Source: Andalucia godoyi And28 (taxonomy: Eukaryota; Protista; Jakobida). From it: 64,000 nt of DNA. A model generated the notes under the pieces. That model worked only from the letters and a program-made list of their open reading frames with translations, was not told the origin of the DNA and did not search any database. The position numbers and the translations under genes were made by a program. The first letter of the stretch is position 1. Each line of letters opens with the position of its first letter. Positions 10,237-21,241 of this stretch are shown piece by piece. The stretch is taken from NCBI GenBank assembly GCA_009859145.1, contig VRVR01000002.1, positions 256,724-320,723 on the forward strand. The letters run 5' to 3'.

Positions 10237-11808
10237 ATGTCCGACCAAATCACGATTCTGGACGCTCTGCGGTCGATCCTCGATCGATTCAGCAGTGTTT
10301 CGAACTCTCGTCGAGCGCTGTCTGCGCTCACCAGTCTTTCGGATCATGCGTTTTCACAGTCCTCAGACTCGGCTCGACATCAGATGGAAATGCATCCAAA
10401 TGACACACAGTACCAATTGCCGAATTTGTTTCCGGAGCTGTTTGTTCTTGCGGCACACGCGGCTCTGCAGCCTTCGTCCGTCGACGAGGCTGAACTCATG
10501 TTGAATGTTATATTTCGCACAATGCTTTCAAGTTCATCTGCAGATCACCTGCAACCGAAAATCGAGACAGTGTGCCTGCGATCGATTGGTTGCCTTGTTG
10601 CCGGCCGACTTATCTCTATGCTGGACTGCACATCAAACCCAACTCTTGCTGCCCGTCAGATCGCGATTGTCGTCAAGAATCTTTCAAAAGCAGTTCGGAG
10701 ATTTGCGGCGTTCGACCGATGCACGTCGCTTTCTGCACTAATCGCACTTGCTTTTCTAGTCCAATCATCATCATTGACCTTGCGAGATGGTGCAGTTCTG
10801 CAGTCTCAGACAACTGCCAGTGTGGACCCCCGCAAGATATGGATGTGCAGTTTGAAAGCCGAGACTGTGAAATGTTTGCCTCCGCACCTGTCTGCTGATA
10901 CCGTTTCGCTCTGTGCATCGGCCATTCTGGTTCCGGCACACGTCGTTGCTGCGGATGCAATCCGCCAGCGAACCACAGAAAAACAACAGCGCACTGAGGA
11001 TTCCATCTGCGATTCCGCCACATTGACTTTCCCGGTTGCTGCGATGGACATTCCAGCAGCGCGCGTCATGGCCGTGTCCGTGTTGACCGGGGTGTTGGGT
11101 TCGACGAGTAGTTCCTCTCCGGATTTTTCGCAGATTTGCGAAACTGCTGTTGCCGTCTTCTCCCATTTGATGCTCCCTTTGCAGTATTGCACAGAGGAGG
11201 TGCGTCAGAGTGGTGACTGCCCCGTGGATGAACCGGTGGCGCGGCTGGTGCTGTGCGGATTGCTAGGACTGAGTCCTGAAGGATTGCAACTCGAGGGCCT
11301 TATGTCCGGAACCAAGACAGCTATTCGCACAAGTCCGTTGGCTTGGATTGTATCTGCTGCCGATCCGGGACTTCATGAAAATTTGGCGATGTCGCTTGTA
11401 GCGGTTCTTTCGAATATTAGCGTCTTCCGGTTTCGTCTGGGTGTTTTGCATGACCCGCAGTTTCTTCCTACTGTCCGAGCTTGTGCGCTGGTGTTGCTAC
11501 AAAATCTCCATTCACACTATGCTGTCCCAGGAATGGACCGCGCAACAGCCCTCTTGGAGATTCAAAGGTGTCTTGTCGAATATGCATCGCTGCAGGCGGA
11601 ATCGGAAGCCTCACCGTCCACATCCGAGGCTGTGGATCAGGTTGTTCGAGACAGAATCGTTTTGTCATACAAATCCCTTGGTGTAAGCGTGGTTGCCTCG
11701 GCTGCGTCTGCTCCACCACATGCAGCAACAACAACAACAGCAGCAGCAGCAGCATCCTTTCTCGGAATGTCGTCCTATGAAGAGTTTGAAACTCTAATTA
11801 CCATTTAA
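10237..11808 (+). CDS. Hypothetical 523-aa, probably all-helical (Leu/Ala-rich) protein
   Basis: Long ATG-initiated ORF flanked by AT-rich spacers. No family recognised. Confidence 0.75.
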   Translation: MSDQITILDALRSILDRFSSVSNSRRALSALTSLSDHAFSQSSDSARHQMEMHPNDTQYQLPNLFPELFVLAAHAALQPSSVDEAELMLNVIFRTMLSSSSADHLQPKIETVCLRSIGCLVAGRLISMLDCTSNPTLAARQIAIVVKNLSKAVRRFAAFDRCTSLSALIALAFLVQSSSLTLRDGAVLQSQTTASVDPRKIWMCSLKAETVKCLPPHLSADTVSLCASAILVPAHVVAADAIRQRTTEKQQRTEDSICDSATLTFPVAAMDIPAARVMAVSVLTGVLGSTSSSSPDFSQICETAVAVFSHLMLPLQYCTEEVRQSGDCPVDEPVARLVLCGLLGLSPEGLQLEGLMSGTKTAIRTSPLAWIVSAADPGLHENLAMSLVAVLSNISVFRFRLGVLHDPQFLPTVRACALVLLQNLHSHYAVPGMDRATALLEIQRCLVEYASLQAESEASPSTSEAVDQVVRDRIVLSYKSLGVSVVASAASAPPHAATTTTAAAAASFLGMSSYEEFETLITI

Positions 11809-13397
11809 TTCGGCCTTTTTTTTTTTTTGGATGTTTGTTCAAAAATCATTTTGTTTTTCGGGACGGGTTCAATGGACGGAATCCGATGGAATGCATTTTG
11901 TATTATTAATTTAAAAAAAACTGCTTTCCCTCCAGCTTCTCACGCTTGGAAAACCCAAGATATGATGCTCGCGCGCGCGCGTGGAGGATGCACGCCTGCT
12001 TCGACGTGTGGCTTGACCAGCATCGCATCAATGTTGATTCGTAGTGAGGACGAGCGGCGATGATGCATCTTTGTACAAATGTCCAGCTTGCACCTCCTCT
12101 GACTGGCCATTGTCCTACCAACGACCGATCGGTGTCGTCCAGTTTGTGCAAATTGACACGTCGTACCACGAGAGAGGATTTCGTTCTGCTGGTATGTCCC
12201 CTGACGCCTAAGCAGAACTGAAAAAATGCAAAGGTCGCATGGCCGTACAAATCCCGGATGTGCATCCAGATCCAGTCGGATGCAAGCACCTTCGGGCGAT
12301 CAGCTGTCCTGTGAACCGCAGAGCTGATTCGACCACTCGGATTTGCCGTGCCTTCTCGATCGGCGGGTGTCAGCACTCTGCAGGGTTGTGGCACTGTGTC
12401 CTGAACGAGAGAACCCGTTTTACAAGATGCGACAAATTCACGCAGTCTGGCAGCCTCCCTCCCCCGTCCCGCACCCGCTGCGCAGAAATGAGTACTTTGA
12501 AAAAGAGAAAGAGAAAGAAGCTGCGGCACGGATGTCGTGACCCCGGGGAAAATGCCAGCTCCCCGTTGGGCGGCGGGCCCCTGCCAATCCATGCCTTCCC
12601 CGCCTGTACTCAAGATGGAGGAATCCGTGATGCAATTTTCCACCTGCAGGACAGCTGCTTGCTGAACGAACGGGGGTGTCTTCTGCGCAAAACATGGTCA
12701 TCGACTCGCTTGCTGGTTTTTTTTTTGTTTTTTTTTGTGGTGTGTGTGTGTGTGTTTTCCTCTCCGCTCGTTCTTCATCTGGTCCGCTTCGTACTTTGCG
12801 GAGTTGATTAGACATTCAAGCATGCCCAATATGAATCGTTGTTGTTCTTTGATGGGGGGGGGGGGGGGAGCTCGGGTAGAGTTGCGTACTTTTGCAAGAT
12901 CATCCCAAATAAGCTGCACACTCGGTAAGGCAGGCCGCTTCGACAAGCGAGGTGATGCAGTGGGCCAGAAGATGACCTACAGTAAGAGCAGAAAAGGATG
13001 AGGCGAGTTAATGTAGAAGCAGACGCCTTATTTCGTACGTTTTTCTGCTGCTCGGGTGTTTGCGTCGTTCCGGATGGCGTTGGTCCGCAGTAGGGATCCT
13101 TGCTAGCACCATTTTGAGGATTGCAGTCACAATAATTGGGTTTGATTATACAAACTTCCAGACGCCCTAGATCTGCTGGTTCCGACCGCAGCGAAGGTGA
13201 CATTTTCAGGGCTGCCGGTCTCGGAGAAGACTGTCTGCCCTTTTGAAATCGCTTTTCAGAATAGTCAACTCACGATTTGTGGTTGAAGTCGTTCTTTTAT
13301 CTCCTTTCTCCTCTGTCTTCTTTGTTTTGTTTAATTTCTGTTGTCCCGAAGAAAGAAAGAAGAAGGGGGAAAAAAAAGAACTCTGGTGCTTAGACAA

Positions 13398-15641
13398 ATG
13401 CAATCAGCTTTCCCATCGACTCTGCATGAGCAGTATCGGGCTCTTCTCGATCTGTCCAATCAGCGTCCCTACTCTCAGAATGGGCCCGTACCTCCGCCGT
13501 TCATGAGCACCGACGTTTTGCAGTATGTTGCAAGAAGCCAGCGTCTGCCCTTTGTGCTTGTTTGGAAGATCTTTACTCTCTACAATGACAGAATGCTGGA
13601 CCATTGGACTCATCTGCTCGCGGATCGATTTCCCGATCTCGGCGTGGAAGATCTCCATGTCCTCGGTACACTCGAGTGTCCTTCGATTCCCCTCGAGGAT
13701 CCGAGCACCGTTGTCCCGTTCCATGTTGCTGCGCTGCTGCTTGAGACAATGGCAACTGTTCCGGATGCATGGACTTCTCGAGACGCAGTGGTATCGGGCT
13801 GGGGTGCTCGCCGCATGTATGAACTGTCCGTTAAGCACGGGCTCATGGGCCATGCTTTCGGATACAATCCAGCATCGTTTCCGCATCCGCAAGGATATGC
13901 GCAACAATCCCTTGCTGGATCCGCCCTTCGTCGATCGAATTTCCCGGGTCCATTTTCTGCGCCAGGCGGGCCCCAGTCGATGTCTGTTGTGCAAAACGGC
14001 CATGTTTCGTCGCCACCGACAGGATCCACAAACGTGGAATCGCCGAATGTGGACGAACCTGCGCAGCACCCTGGAAGCAATGGGCCACCTACCCTCATGG
14101 CAAATGGATCGTCCAATGGAATTTCCACGTTTCCTGGCCGACCAGTGACGCGGAGACCGATTCCAGAGCCTGCTCCTCGGTATCCTGGTGGACACGGTGG
14201 ACTGGCGGTAGGAACACCAACACCCTTGGGGCGTGAGCCTCTGCCGCATTCGTATCACTCATTTCCAGGAGTTTCCTCGTTTCCGCCATTTGGAAGTAGC
14301 TACGCTGCCGAGGGCACTCCTCGCCATGATCCGTACTATCCAGTACATCTCTCTGCAGGTCAGCATCGGCAGCCTGGCGCAGGACCCGCATATGCGCAAC
14401 CTCCTCCTCCGGGTTACTATGATGCTCATGGTATGCAGCCGTACAGCAACATGCCATCGTCCCTTCCAGCATCGGGGGCCGTCGGTATGGCGCGACATTC
14501 GCCACCGCCCTATGAAGATGCTCCAGCGGGGAAACCAGATGTGATGCAGCATGATTCAAAGACGACTCCAGACCCAAAGTCGCATACTGCGGAAGCAGTA
14601 GAATTGCTGTCGCGCAACGGATGGAGTTTCAAAGGAGAAACGGATGCCGGAGTGCATGGAAAGCCCGCGAAGAAAGCCAGGCTCGGATCTGGCGCAGTTG
14701 CTGGTCCATCCAAACAACCGCACATTCGTAATGGAAAGCCACAGTTGACTGCGTCTGATGATATGTCATCCACTCTGACTCTCGAAACTGTCGCTGCTGT
14801 TGCTGTCGCTTCTCTTTCTGACGTACCGGAAGATGCTTCTGCAGGCATCGGCAATGGAGCCAAGAGATCTGCGTTCAATAGGGCAGTGGGGAAAACGAAG
14901 CTGTTGGAAAACTCTGTCTCTGCCTCTGTCTCCAAAGACGGAGTTCCGAGTCCGAACACACTTGAGATTCTTTCGTCCGCTGCGGCATCTACATCCAGCA
15001 TGATGGCAGTGTCACGCATGAACTCTCCGCAGTCCGTTGCTGACCCAATTGCGAGTTCTCGCAAGGACCTGTCGCCTGCGTTGTCTGCTTCTGGTGGCAG
15101 TGGTGGAGAGGGATCAAGTTCGAACGCTGGACTTTCCATTCCGGTCCGGTCTCCTGGAATTCCCATGAAACCCCCCGCGGACGGATCAGGATCACTTGCG
15201 CAGTCTGCAAAATCTGCAGGTGCTCGCATGATGGATGAATTCGCCAAAGTATGGAAGCTCTGGATGGATGCTGATCGAAAGCAACCCCCATCGTCGTCTG
15301 CCCGGCGTATATCAAGATCTCTCGGCATGTCCTATGAGCATGTTTATACGATGCTGACCTTGCTGGACCACGTCGAGATCCGTCAGTCTCTGACCACGAT
15401 TCTGGATGGCTGTGCATACTATGAAGTTCGAAGTGATTGGGAAACCGAACTGCAGCCATTTCTTCCACAACGAGGTTGGTCAGACAAGGATCGCGAACGA
15501 AATTCATCGCTCTTGAACAAGTGCTTGTCGGATCTTGCCGACGAAATCAAGGTCACAGCGTCCGTAACGATTTCTCACATCCGTCAGCGTCTGAAAGAAA
15601 CTCTTGCTCTAAGAGACGCAAAGGAAAGTCCTAAAAAATAA
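13398..15641 (+). CDS. Hypothetical protein with a Pro/Gly/Ser/Tyr-rich disordered centre and helical N- and C-terminal domains (possible HTH)
   Basis: Long ORF; first ATG at 13398. The C-terminal SARRISRSLGMSYEHVYTML segment resembles a helix-turn-helix (inference). Confidence 0.75.
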   Translation: MQSAFPSTLHEQYRALLDLSNQRPYSQNGPVPPPFMSTDVLQYVARSQRLPFVLVWKIFTLYNDRMLDHWTHLLADRFPDLGVEDLHVLGTLECPSIPLEDPSTVVPFHVAALLLETMATVPDAWTSRDAVVSGWGARRMYELSVKHGLMGHAFGYNPASFPHPQGYAQQSLAGSALRRSNFPGPFSAPGGPQSMSVVQNGHVSSPPTGSTNVESPNVDEPAQHPGSNGPPTLMANGSSNGISTFPGRPVTRRPIPEPAPRYPGGHGGLAVGTPTPLGREPLPHSYHSFPGVSSFPPFGSSYAAEGTPRHDPYYPVHLSAGQHRQPGAGPAYAQPPPPGYYDAHGMQPYSNMPSSLPASGAVGMARHSPPPYEDAPAGKPDVMQHDSKTTPDPKSHTAEAVELLSRNGWSFKGETDAGVHGKPAKKARLGSGAVAGPSKQPHIRNGKPQLTASDDMSSTLTLETVAAVAVASLSDVPEDASAGIGNGAKRSAFNRAVGKTKLLENSVSASVSKDGVPSPNTLEILSSAAASTSSMMAVSRMNSPQSVADPIASSRKDLSPALSASGGSGGEGSSSNAGLSIPVRSPGIPMKPPADGSGSLAQSAKSAGARMMDEFAKVWKLWMDADRKQPPSSSARRISRSLGMSYEHVYTMLTLLDHVEIRQSLTTILDGCAYYEVRSDWETELQPFLPQRGWSDKDRERNSSLLNKCLSDLADEIKVTASVTISHIRQRLKETLALRDAKESPKK

Positions 15642-16325
15642 TCCACAAATTTTTCTTCGTTGGGATGTCTTCGCCATGTTTTCAAATGATCTTCTTCTCC
15701 TTCCTCCCTTTCTTCGTCTATCTTGTTGTTATTACTTGTTATTTTTTATTAATTTTTTTGTTTTGTTTTGTTTTGTTTCGTTGTTCCTTTAATTATTTCT
15801 CCAAGATATTTTTTTTAATTACTAATCTGCGTCAGTGCTTGTTCTCGCAACGATGATCCCCAATCGAACTCGCTCCACCCTGAGGCGATGTTGCCTACAC
15901 CACTCTCTCGTTTAAGGCTTTCGGGTTTCTCGCTCAACCAGCATTGCGCGGGATTTCGACAGATGTGAACTCTATGTTGTCTTACTCTCTTTGTCGCGCC
16001 TTGTACCTGTAAATGCCGCAACGCAAAATGATAAGAAAATGTGTATGTCTGCGGGCACGAGCTCCAGAGGAATCGCTGGAGGTGCGGAAAGGCTTTGCAC
16101 TCGATGCTCAACGCTCGTACCCACTCCATAGGGTTCCGCAACCTTCTCCTCCTCTTTCTCTGAGACCAATTGGCTACTTGGCTTTGATCTGGAGTGCGAG
16201 TCCCAGCGTCTCTCATTCTTAAGATCGCGTTGACAATTTCTTTTTTCTATTTGTGAAAGGTTCAGAAATTTGACTGGAAAAGAAAAGGAGATATTGAGCG
16301 ATCAGATCGAGTCAACTCACTCCTC

Positions 16326-18416
16326 ATGGACGAAGCTGCGCCAGAATTCCCTCTGCGATCCATTCCTGGTGAGCAACTGACAACGTTTTTCCCTCATGTG
16401 TATCTTCTTTCGTTGTCCCGTATTGCAGTGGAGGGAATTGTGTTTGTTACCAATTACCGCCTCGTGTGGAGTGCTCCAAAAGATCTACGCCAGAAGTTCC
16501 AAGATGTTGAAGTTCCGTTAATGACTATATTCCGCGTTGAGAAAGTCGGCGGCAAAAACTCGAAGACGGTTCAGCAGTACTTGATTGAAATTCATTGCAA
16601 GGATTTTCGTATTTTGCGATTTGGGTTTGAGCCTGAGCGTGCAGAGCGCAGACAAACTGCTGAGTTTCTCAGATCTCTTTGCTTTACTGGGTCCATTGAA
16701 AACACATTCGCTTTTGCAAACCAGGAGGCACACGATCTTGACTGGAACGGCTGGGATGTGTTCAACATTGAGCAAGAGTTTGTACGACAAGGTGTTTTGC
16801 GGGCGCCAATGTCGGCGGCAGCGTCATCAGGTTCTGATGTACCGTCCATTGCCCAATCGAGCGGCTCGAATCGCCACAGTTCTGCTCACTCCCATGAGAA
16901 TACAAGCAATTTGGATGCGAACCATCCTTTCTCGCAGTGGAGGCTGTGTCGTGTGAATGAACGGTATGGATTCTCAGATACGTACCCGTCGCTGTTCGTT
17001 GTTCCGTGTTCCGTTTCCGATGAACAATTGCAAGATGTGGGCTCCTTTCGCTCAAAGGCACGAATCCCAGTTCTTTCGTGGGTCAGTCCAAGAACGGGGG
17101 CTGCAATCACAAGGTCAAGTCAGCCGATGACCGGAATTTTGCGTGCATCTTCTACTGCAGACCAGCAACTTTTGGATGCTATTCGGAAAGCATCGTTGCC
17201 TTTTTCGCAGACTGCAGATTCAAGCACAGGAGATGGGGGGCCAAAGCTTCTCATTGTTGATCTGCGACCGAGAGCAAACGCTGTTGCAAACCAGGCGAAG
17301 GGGGCGGGCTTTGAGACTGCATCTCAGTATCCTTGGTGCGAGCTGCGGTTCATGAATATTGAAAATATTCATGTGATGCGAGACTCATTTCGACGATTGA
17401 TGGAACTCTGTCTTTCATCCGGAGGGGTCGATCCGAAATGGTGTTCGTTGCTGGAGAGCACCGGTTGGGCAGAACATGTTCGAGGGATTATGTCGACTGC
17501 ACGGTGCATTGCAGAAGCCGTGGAGGGTCTTCAGGCGGAATCAGACGTCCCAATACCAGTTTTGGCGCATTGCTCGGACGGCTGGGATCGCACATCGCAG
17601 ACGGTTGCGCTTGCGATGCTTATGCTGGACCCGCACTATCGCACCATGCAAGGGTTCGCGCAGGTTGTGGAGAAGGAGTGGGCCTCTACGGGACACAAGT
17701 TTACGACCCGACTTGGTCATGGAAACAAGAATTGGTTCCATGATCAGGGATGTCCGGTGTTTTTGCAGTTTTTAGACAGTGTTTATCAGTTGCTGACCCA
17801 GTTTCCTACTGCCTTTGAATTTACAGATTCTTTTTTGACGGCAATCGCGGACCATCTGTATTCCTGCAGATTCGGAACTTTTCTTTGCGATTCGGAGCGG
17901 GAAAGGAAGGCGCACAGTGTTCCAGAGCATACCGTGTCTCTCTGGACCGTGTTGCTGGCAAAGAAACATCGAGGAAAATTCTTGAATCCTTTCTATATTG
18001 GAATTGGAATTGGGTCGGAAAGCGCCGCTGCCTCGTCGCCGTTGTCTGCTGATTTCATCTTGCTTCCTGATTGCTCGCCTGTTCGATGGGTTTTCTGGGA
18101 TCGATACTATCTGCGTTTTTGCCGGCGTTTGCTGCATGGTGAAACCTACCAAGGAGGCGGGTTTGATGCATATGAACGCATCTTGCAAAGAGGAATTTCA
18201 TGGATGGAGCATGCAACGCTCGCTGACGAATCTGGTTTGGCAATGATTCAAACGTTCCAGAGAGAGATCGGAGATCTGCACAAAACTATTCGAGAATTAC
18301 GAAATGCCAACGAAGAGTTGAGCGCAAGACTGGCGGCGAATACTGTCTCCTCTGCGACATCTTCTGCTGCGCCGCCTTCGACCTTCCTTACCGAGGATGC
18401 TGTGGGTGATGAGTAG
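16326..18416 (+). CDS. Myotubularin-family phosphoinositide 3-phosphatase (MTM1/MTMR1/2-like), active-site motif intact
   Basis: N-terminal PH-GRAM-like segment (GIVFVTNYRLVW), FRSKARIPVLSW, catalytic HCSDGWDRT and a C-terminal coiled coil. Confidence 0.95.
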   Translation: MDEAAPEFPLRSIPGEQLTTFFPHVYLLSLSRIAVEGIVFVTNYRLVWSAPKDLRQKFQDVEVPLMTIFRVEKVGGKNSKTVQQYLIEIHCKDFRILRFGFEPERAERRQTAEFLRSLCFTGSIENTFAFANQEAHDLDWNGWDVFNIEQEFVRQGVLRAPMSAAASSGSDVPSIAQSSGSNRHSSAHSHENTSNLDANHPFSQWRLCRVNERYGFSDTYPSLFVVPCSVSDEQLQDVGSFRSKARIPVLSWVSPRTGAAITRSSQPMTGILRASSTADQQLLDAIRKASLPFSQTADSSTGDGGPKLLIVDLRPRANAVANQAKGAGFETASQYPWCELRFMNIENIHVMRDSFRRLMELCLSSGGVDPKWCSLLESTGWAEHVRGIMSTARCIAEAVEGLQAESDVPIPVLAHCSDGWDRTSQTVALAMLMLDPHYRTMQGFAQVVEKEWASTGHKFTTRLGHGNKNWFHDQGCPVFLQFLDSVYQLLTQFPTAFEFTDSFLTAIADHLYSCRFGTFLCDSERERKAHSVPEHTVSLWTVLLAKKHRGKFLNPFYIGIGIGSESAAASSPLSADFILLPDCSPVRWVFWDRYYLRFCRRLLHGETYQGGGFDAYERILQRGISWMEHATLADESGLAMIQTFQREIGDLHKTIRELRNANEELSARLAANTVSSATSSAAPPSTFLTEDAVGDE

Positions 18417-18733
18417 TCCGGCTCGAAAATCGCACTCATACATTGGTATTCCGCTATTCAGGTTCCGATGTGTAATACGTGTTCCCAGCGCAGAGGCATT
18501 GTCGACGTTCTTCAGTCACTCGTGATCACAGTGTCTCGCTCCCAATACTTAAGGTACTGTTCTTGTTAGTGATTTTTGCGAGGAGGGGGGTTGAACCCAG
18601 AACACTAGACTGTTCTGTGGTACGGTGCGGTAACACATGCATGAGTTGGCTGGCTTTTGCGAAGGTTCAGAAGAAAGGAAAAGAGAAAAAGGAGGAGAGA
18701 GATTTTACAGATTTAAAGTTGCACACCACTTTT

Positions 18734-21241
18734 CTACTGAAGGCTACAACATGAATTCTTGGGCCGGGTTGCAATTCCAGTACTTGTACCAGTGGACGAG
18801 AGGCTCGTGGGAGCAGTAGAGAAGGTAGAGGATCGGCGTGTCGCAGAACCAGGCGGTACCACAGCATCGTCATCAACGATATCCACGGTTTCCGAGTTTG
18901 CTCTTTTCGACATTTTGCTGGAGCACGTGCAGTGCAGCTCGGAGAGCGCTGTGCGAATGTTCACTGCCACCTTTTCCAGCGAGCGCTTCTCTACGCCCTG
19001 CAACGCCGTCAGACTCCCTTCAAAAATTCGAAAAACACTCTGCTGGAATTCCGCAGAGTTCAAATCCGAATCGTACGTCGAAGTCATGAGCCTCTCCACA
19101 AGTCTCCGCTTCTCGACTGTCTTCTTCACAAAAAGCGGTAAAAGATGTAAAAGGTGGTCGGGCTGGCAATGCAAGACATCAAATGAAGCGCAGTGTCCTA
19201 CGAACACATCGCACGAGTCATCTGCATCCGGTCGCGGAAATACAAACGTGCTGGACGATCCGACAGAATATAAATTTGAACTCAACAAACGAGAATACAG
19301 ATTGCAGCGATGAACATGATCTGCGGGTGTTGTAGGAGATAGCACGGACAGCAGATGCATTTGAAGAGTAGCTTCATCAAAGAGAACAGAAACAAAGCAC
19401 TCATGCGACGAAATCCTGTCGGCATTCTCCGAGAACTCGCAACGAACCAGGAACAAACCGGAGGACGCTCGGTCCGCAGATCGACGAACATCGCACAGTT
19501 TTTCCATCGCAAGAGAATCGCATGCTCGTTTCACCATAGTCAATGCGGACGTGCGTGCTTCGGCAAGGATCTGTTGCAAATCATGCACAATGGCTGATCG
19601 TGAAACTCCCATCGACCGACGACGGTATGCTTCGGAATCACGATCCTGGCTCTGGTCTTTAACTGGTAGGACTTGACTTTCAGAGTAGCGTCGGGTCGAT
19701 GGACGGGCATGTGATATTGTTTCTGACTTGCGCCGCTGTGCAGACTCCTTTGAAGGTGTTGGTTTGGATGGTGTTATGCTTGCACTAAAAGAAGCGTTCC
19801 TGCTGGTCGCAAACGTAGAAGAAGAACTAGCAGCAGAGGAAGAGACAGAGGAAGGCGTGGAAACAGTACTGCCAGTGTCCGTACTAGGACTTAAATATTT
19901 GGAAATGTGCTTTCGTGTAAAGGACGAGACGGACGCAAGTGACCGCGCTGGAGCAAACCAGTCGTGCTTAGACGAAAAATGCCGGCTTAGGTACTCGCAT
20001 TGAAGAATCATGTGGGATCGAAACCGCAGCGATCCACTGAACGACGGTTGACACAGAGTTGCTGCATCCATGACATACGCATTTGCCACGCCGTTGGCAA
20101 TGACGTAAGCATGGTAGCGCTTGACCCGCTCAGCTAGAGGCAAGACGACTTCTCCGCTGAGAGAGTCGTAGTACCCCATGTTGTTCGCGTATGTATTCGT
20201 GGTTGAAAACATGAGTTCCAGTCGGCTGCAAAACGCCGTCAGGTACCTCTGTGTCAATCGAAGAAGACGAGAAAACTCAAACGTCGATGACGGGTGGGAA
20301 ATGTGCTGCATCCCGTAAAACACGACAGTGTTTTCCTTCAAATCGAAGCCGGAAATGATGTCCGACAAGAAATTCTCGGCCAGCATGGCAGTAAAGAGAT
20401 CGAGCTTTCGTCGCACGTTCTGCGAGTCGATCGACAGTGCAGGGACAAAAAACAACATGGTCCGCGCATAGCTGACCAAGGCAATGTGGATGTGGATGTC
20501 ATCCGATATCCACGGTCGAATGCGAAAGCGATCCGTTGCAGAATAGTTCACATCAAACTCCAATTTGCAGCCCATGATCCGATTGACTTCTCGCAGGGCA
20601 TGGGGCGCCAGCGAAAGTGAGTGTAGCGTACCCCACGCCTCTCGTTGGGGATTTGCGGCCGTCAATGCGGTCCACACATTCTCAGGAATAGGAAACAGCA
20701 GCAGTGCCGAGCGGCACGAAGGACATGCAGGAGTGTGATGGCTGAGTTCCAAGTAGTCAGCAAGGCACGATGCACAAAAAGAATGGCCGCATATCGTCCA
20801 CAGGGCGTTAGTAGGAGTATCCAGACAGAACACACACACTTCCGTATCGATGTCGGCTGCCTCCGTGCTGGATGACTCTGGCCCATGCCCAAGCCCCGGG
20901 GCACGCATGCTAAGACCGTCCAAAAACCCTTCCACATGATTAGATCTTGATCCACCATCTTCATCCTCCTTGCGATCCTGGGGATCGCTCCCCATTATTT
21001 CGTGTGTTTCTGAAACTGTCAACACCGAATACTGTCGATTTCGGAGCGACTGGTTGGAAAATGCACGCACAAGTGAATGCGAATGCCGCGAGAATGAAGC
21101 CGGGAGCAAAGACGAAGTACGTGCTAGCGCTGGCATTTCTTGATTCAGAGCTGGCTCTGCTTCTCGATGACTCCTGTCAAGGCTCGCGCTCGACATGCTT
21201 CGTTGCCACACCAGCGGCGGGGCCTCCACGCTCGAGGACAT
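18734..21241 (-). CDS. C3HC4 RING finger protein with two further globular domains
   Basis: CVFCLD...TICGHSFCASCL...CPSCR. Likely ATG at 21241; the upstream part of the tracked ORF is pyrimidine-rich and UTR-like. Confidence 0.85.
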   Translation of the reverse strand: MSSSVEAPPLVWQRSMSSASLDRSHREAEPALNQEMPALARTSSLLPASFSRHSHSLVRAFSNQSLRNRQYSVLTVSETHEIMGSDPQDRKEDEDGGSRSNHVEGFLDGLSMRAPGLGHGPESSSTEAADIDTEVCVFCLDTPTNALWTICGHSFCASCLADYLELSHHTPACPSCRSALLLFPIPENVWTALTAANPQREAWGTLHSLSLAPHALREVNRIMGCKLEFDVNYSATDRFRIRPWISDDIHIHIALVSYARTMLFFVPALSIDSQNVRRKLDLFTAMLAENFLSDIISGFDLKENTVVFYGMQHISHPSSTFEFSRLLRLTQRYLTAFCSRLELMFSTTNTYANNMGYYDSLSGEVVLPLAERVKRYHAYVIANGVANAYVMDAATLCQPSFSGSLRFRSHMILQCEYLSRHFSSKHDWFAPARSLASVSSFTRKHISKYLSPSTDTGSTVSTPSSVSSSAASSSSTFATSRNASFSASITPSKPTPSKESAQRRKSETISHARPSTRRYSESQVLPVKDQSQDRDSEAYRRRSMGVSRSAIVHDLQQILAEARTSALTMVKRACDSLAMEKLCDVRRSADRASSGLFLVRCEFSENADRISSHECFVSVLFDEATLQMHLLSVLSPTTPADHVHRCNLYSRLLSSNLYSVGSSSTFVFPRPDADDSCDVFVGHCASFDVLHCQPDHLLHLLPLFVKKTVEKRRLVERLMTSTYDSDLNSAEFQQSVFRIFEGSLTALQGVEKRSLEKVAVNIRTALSELHCTCSSKMSKRANSETVDIVDDDAVVPPGSATRRSSTFSTAPTSLSSTGTSTGIATRPKNSCCSLQ

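Noticed and set aside
11906-12643. 245-aa minus-strand ORF in the long intergenic region
   Set aside because: Composition is not protein-like (Trp/Cys/Arg-rich), with no motif, and equally long overlapping ORFs exist on the other strand.
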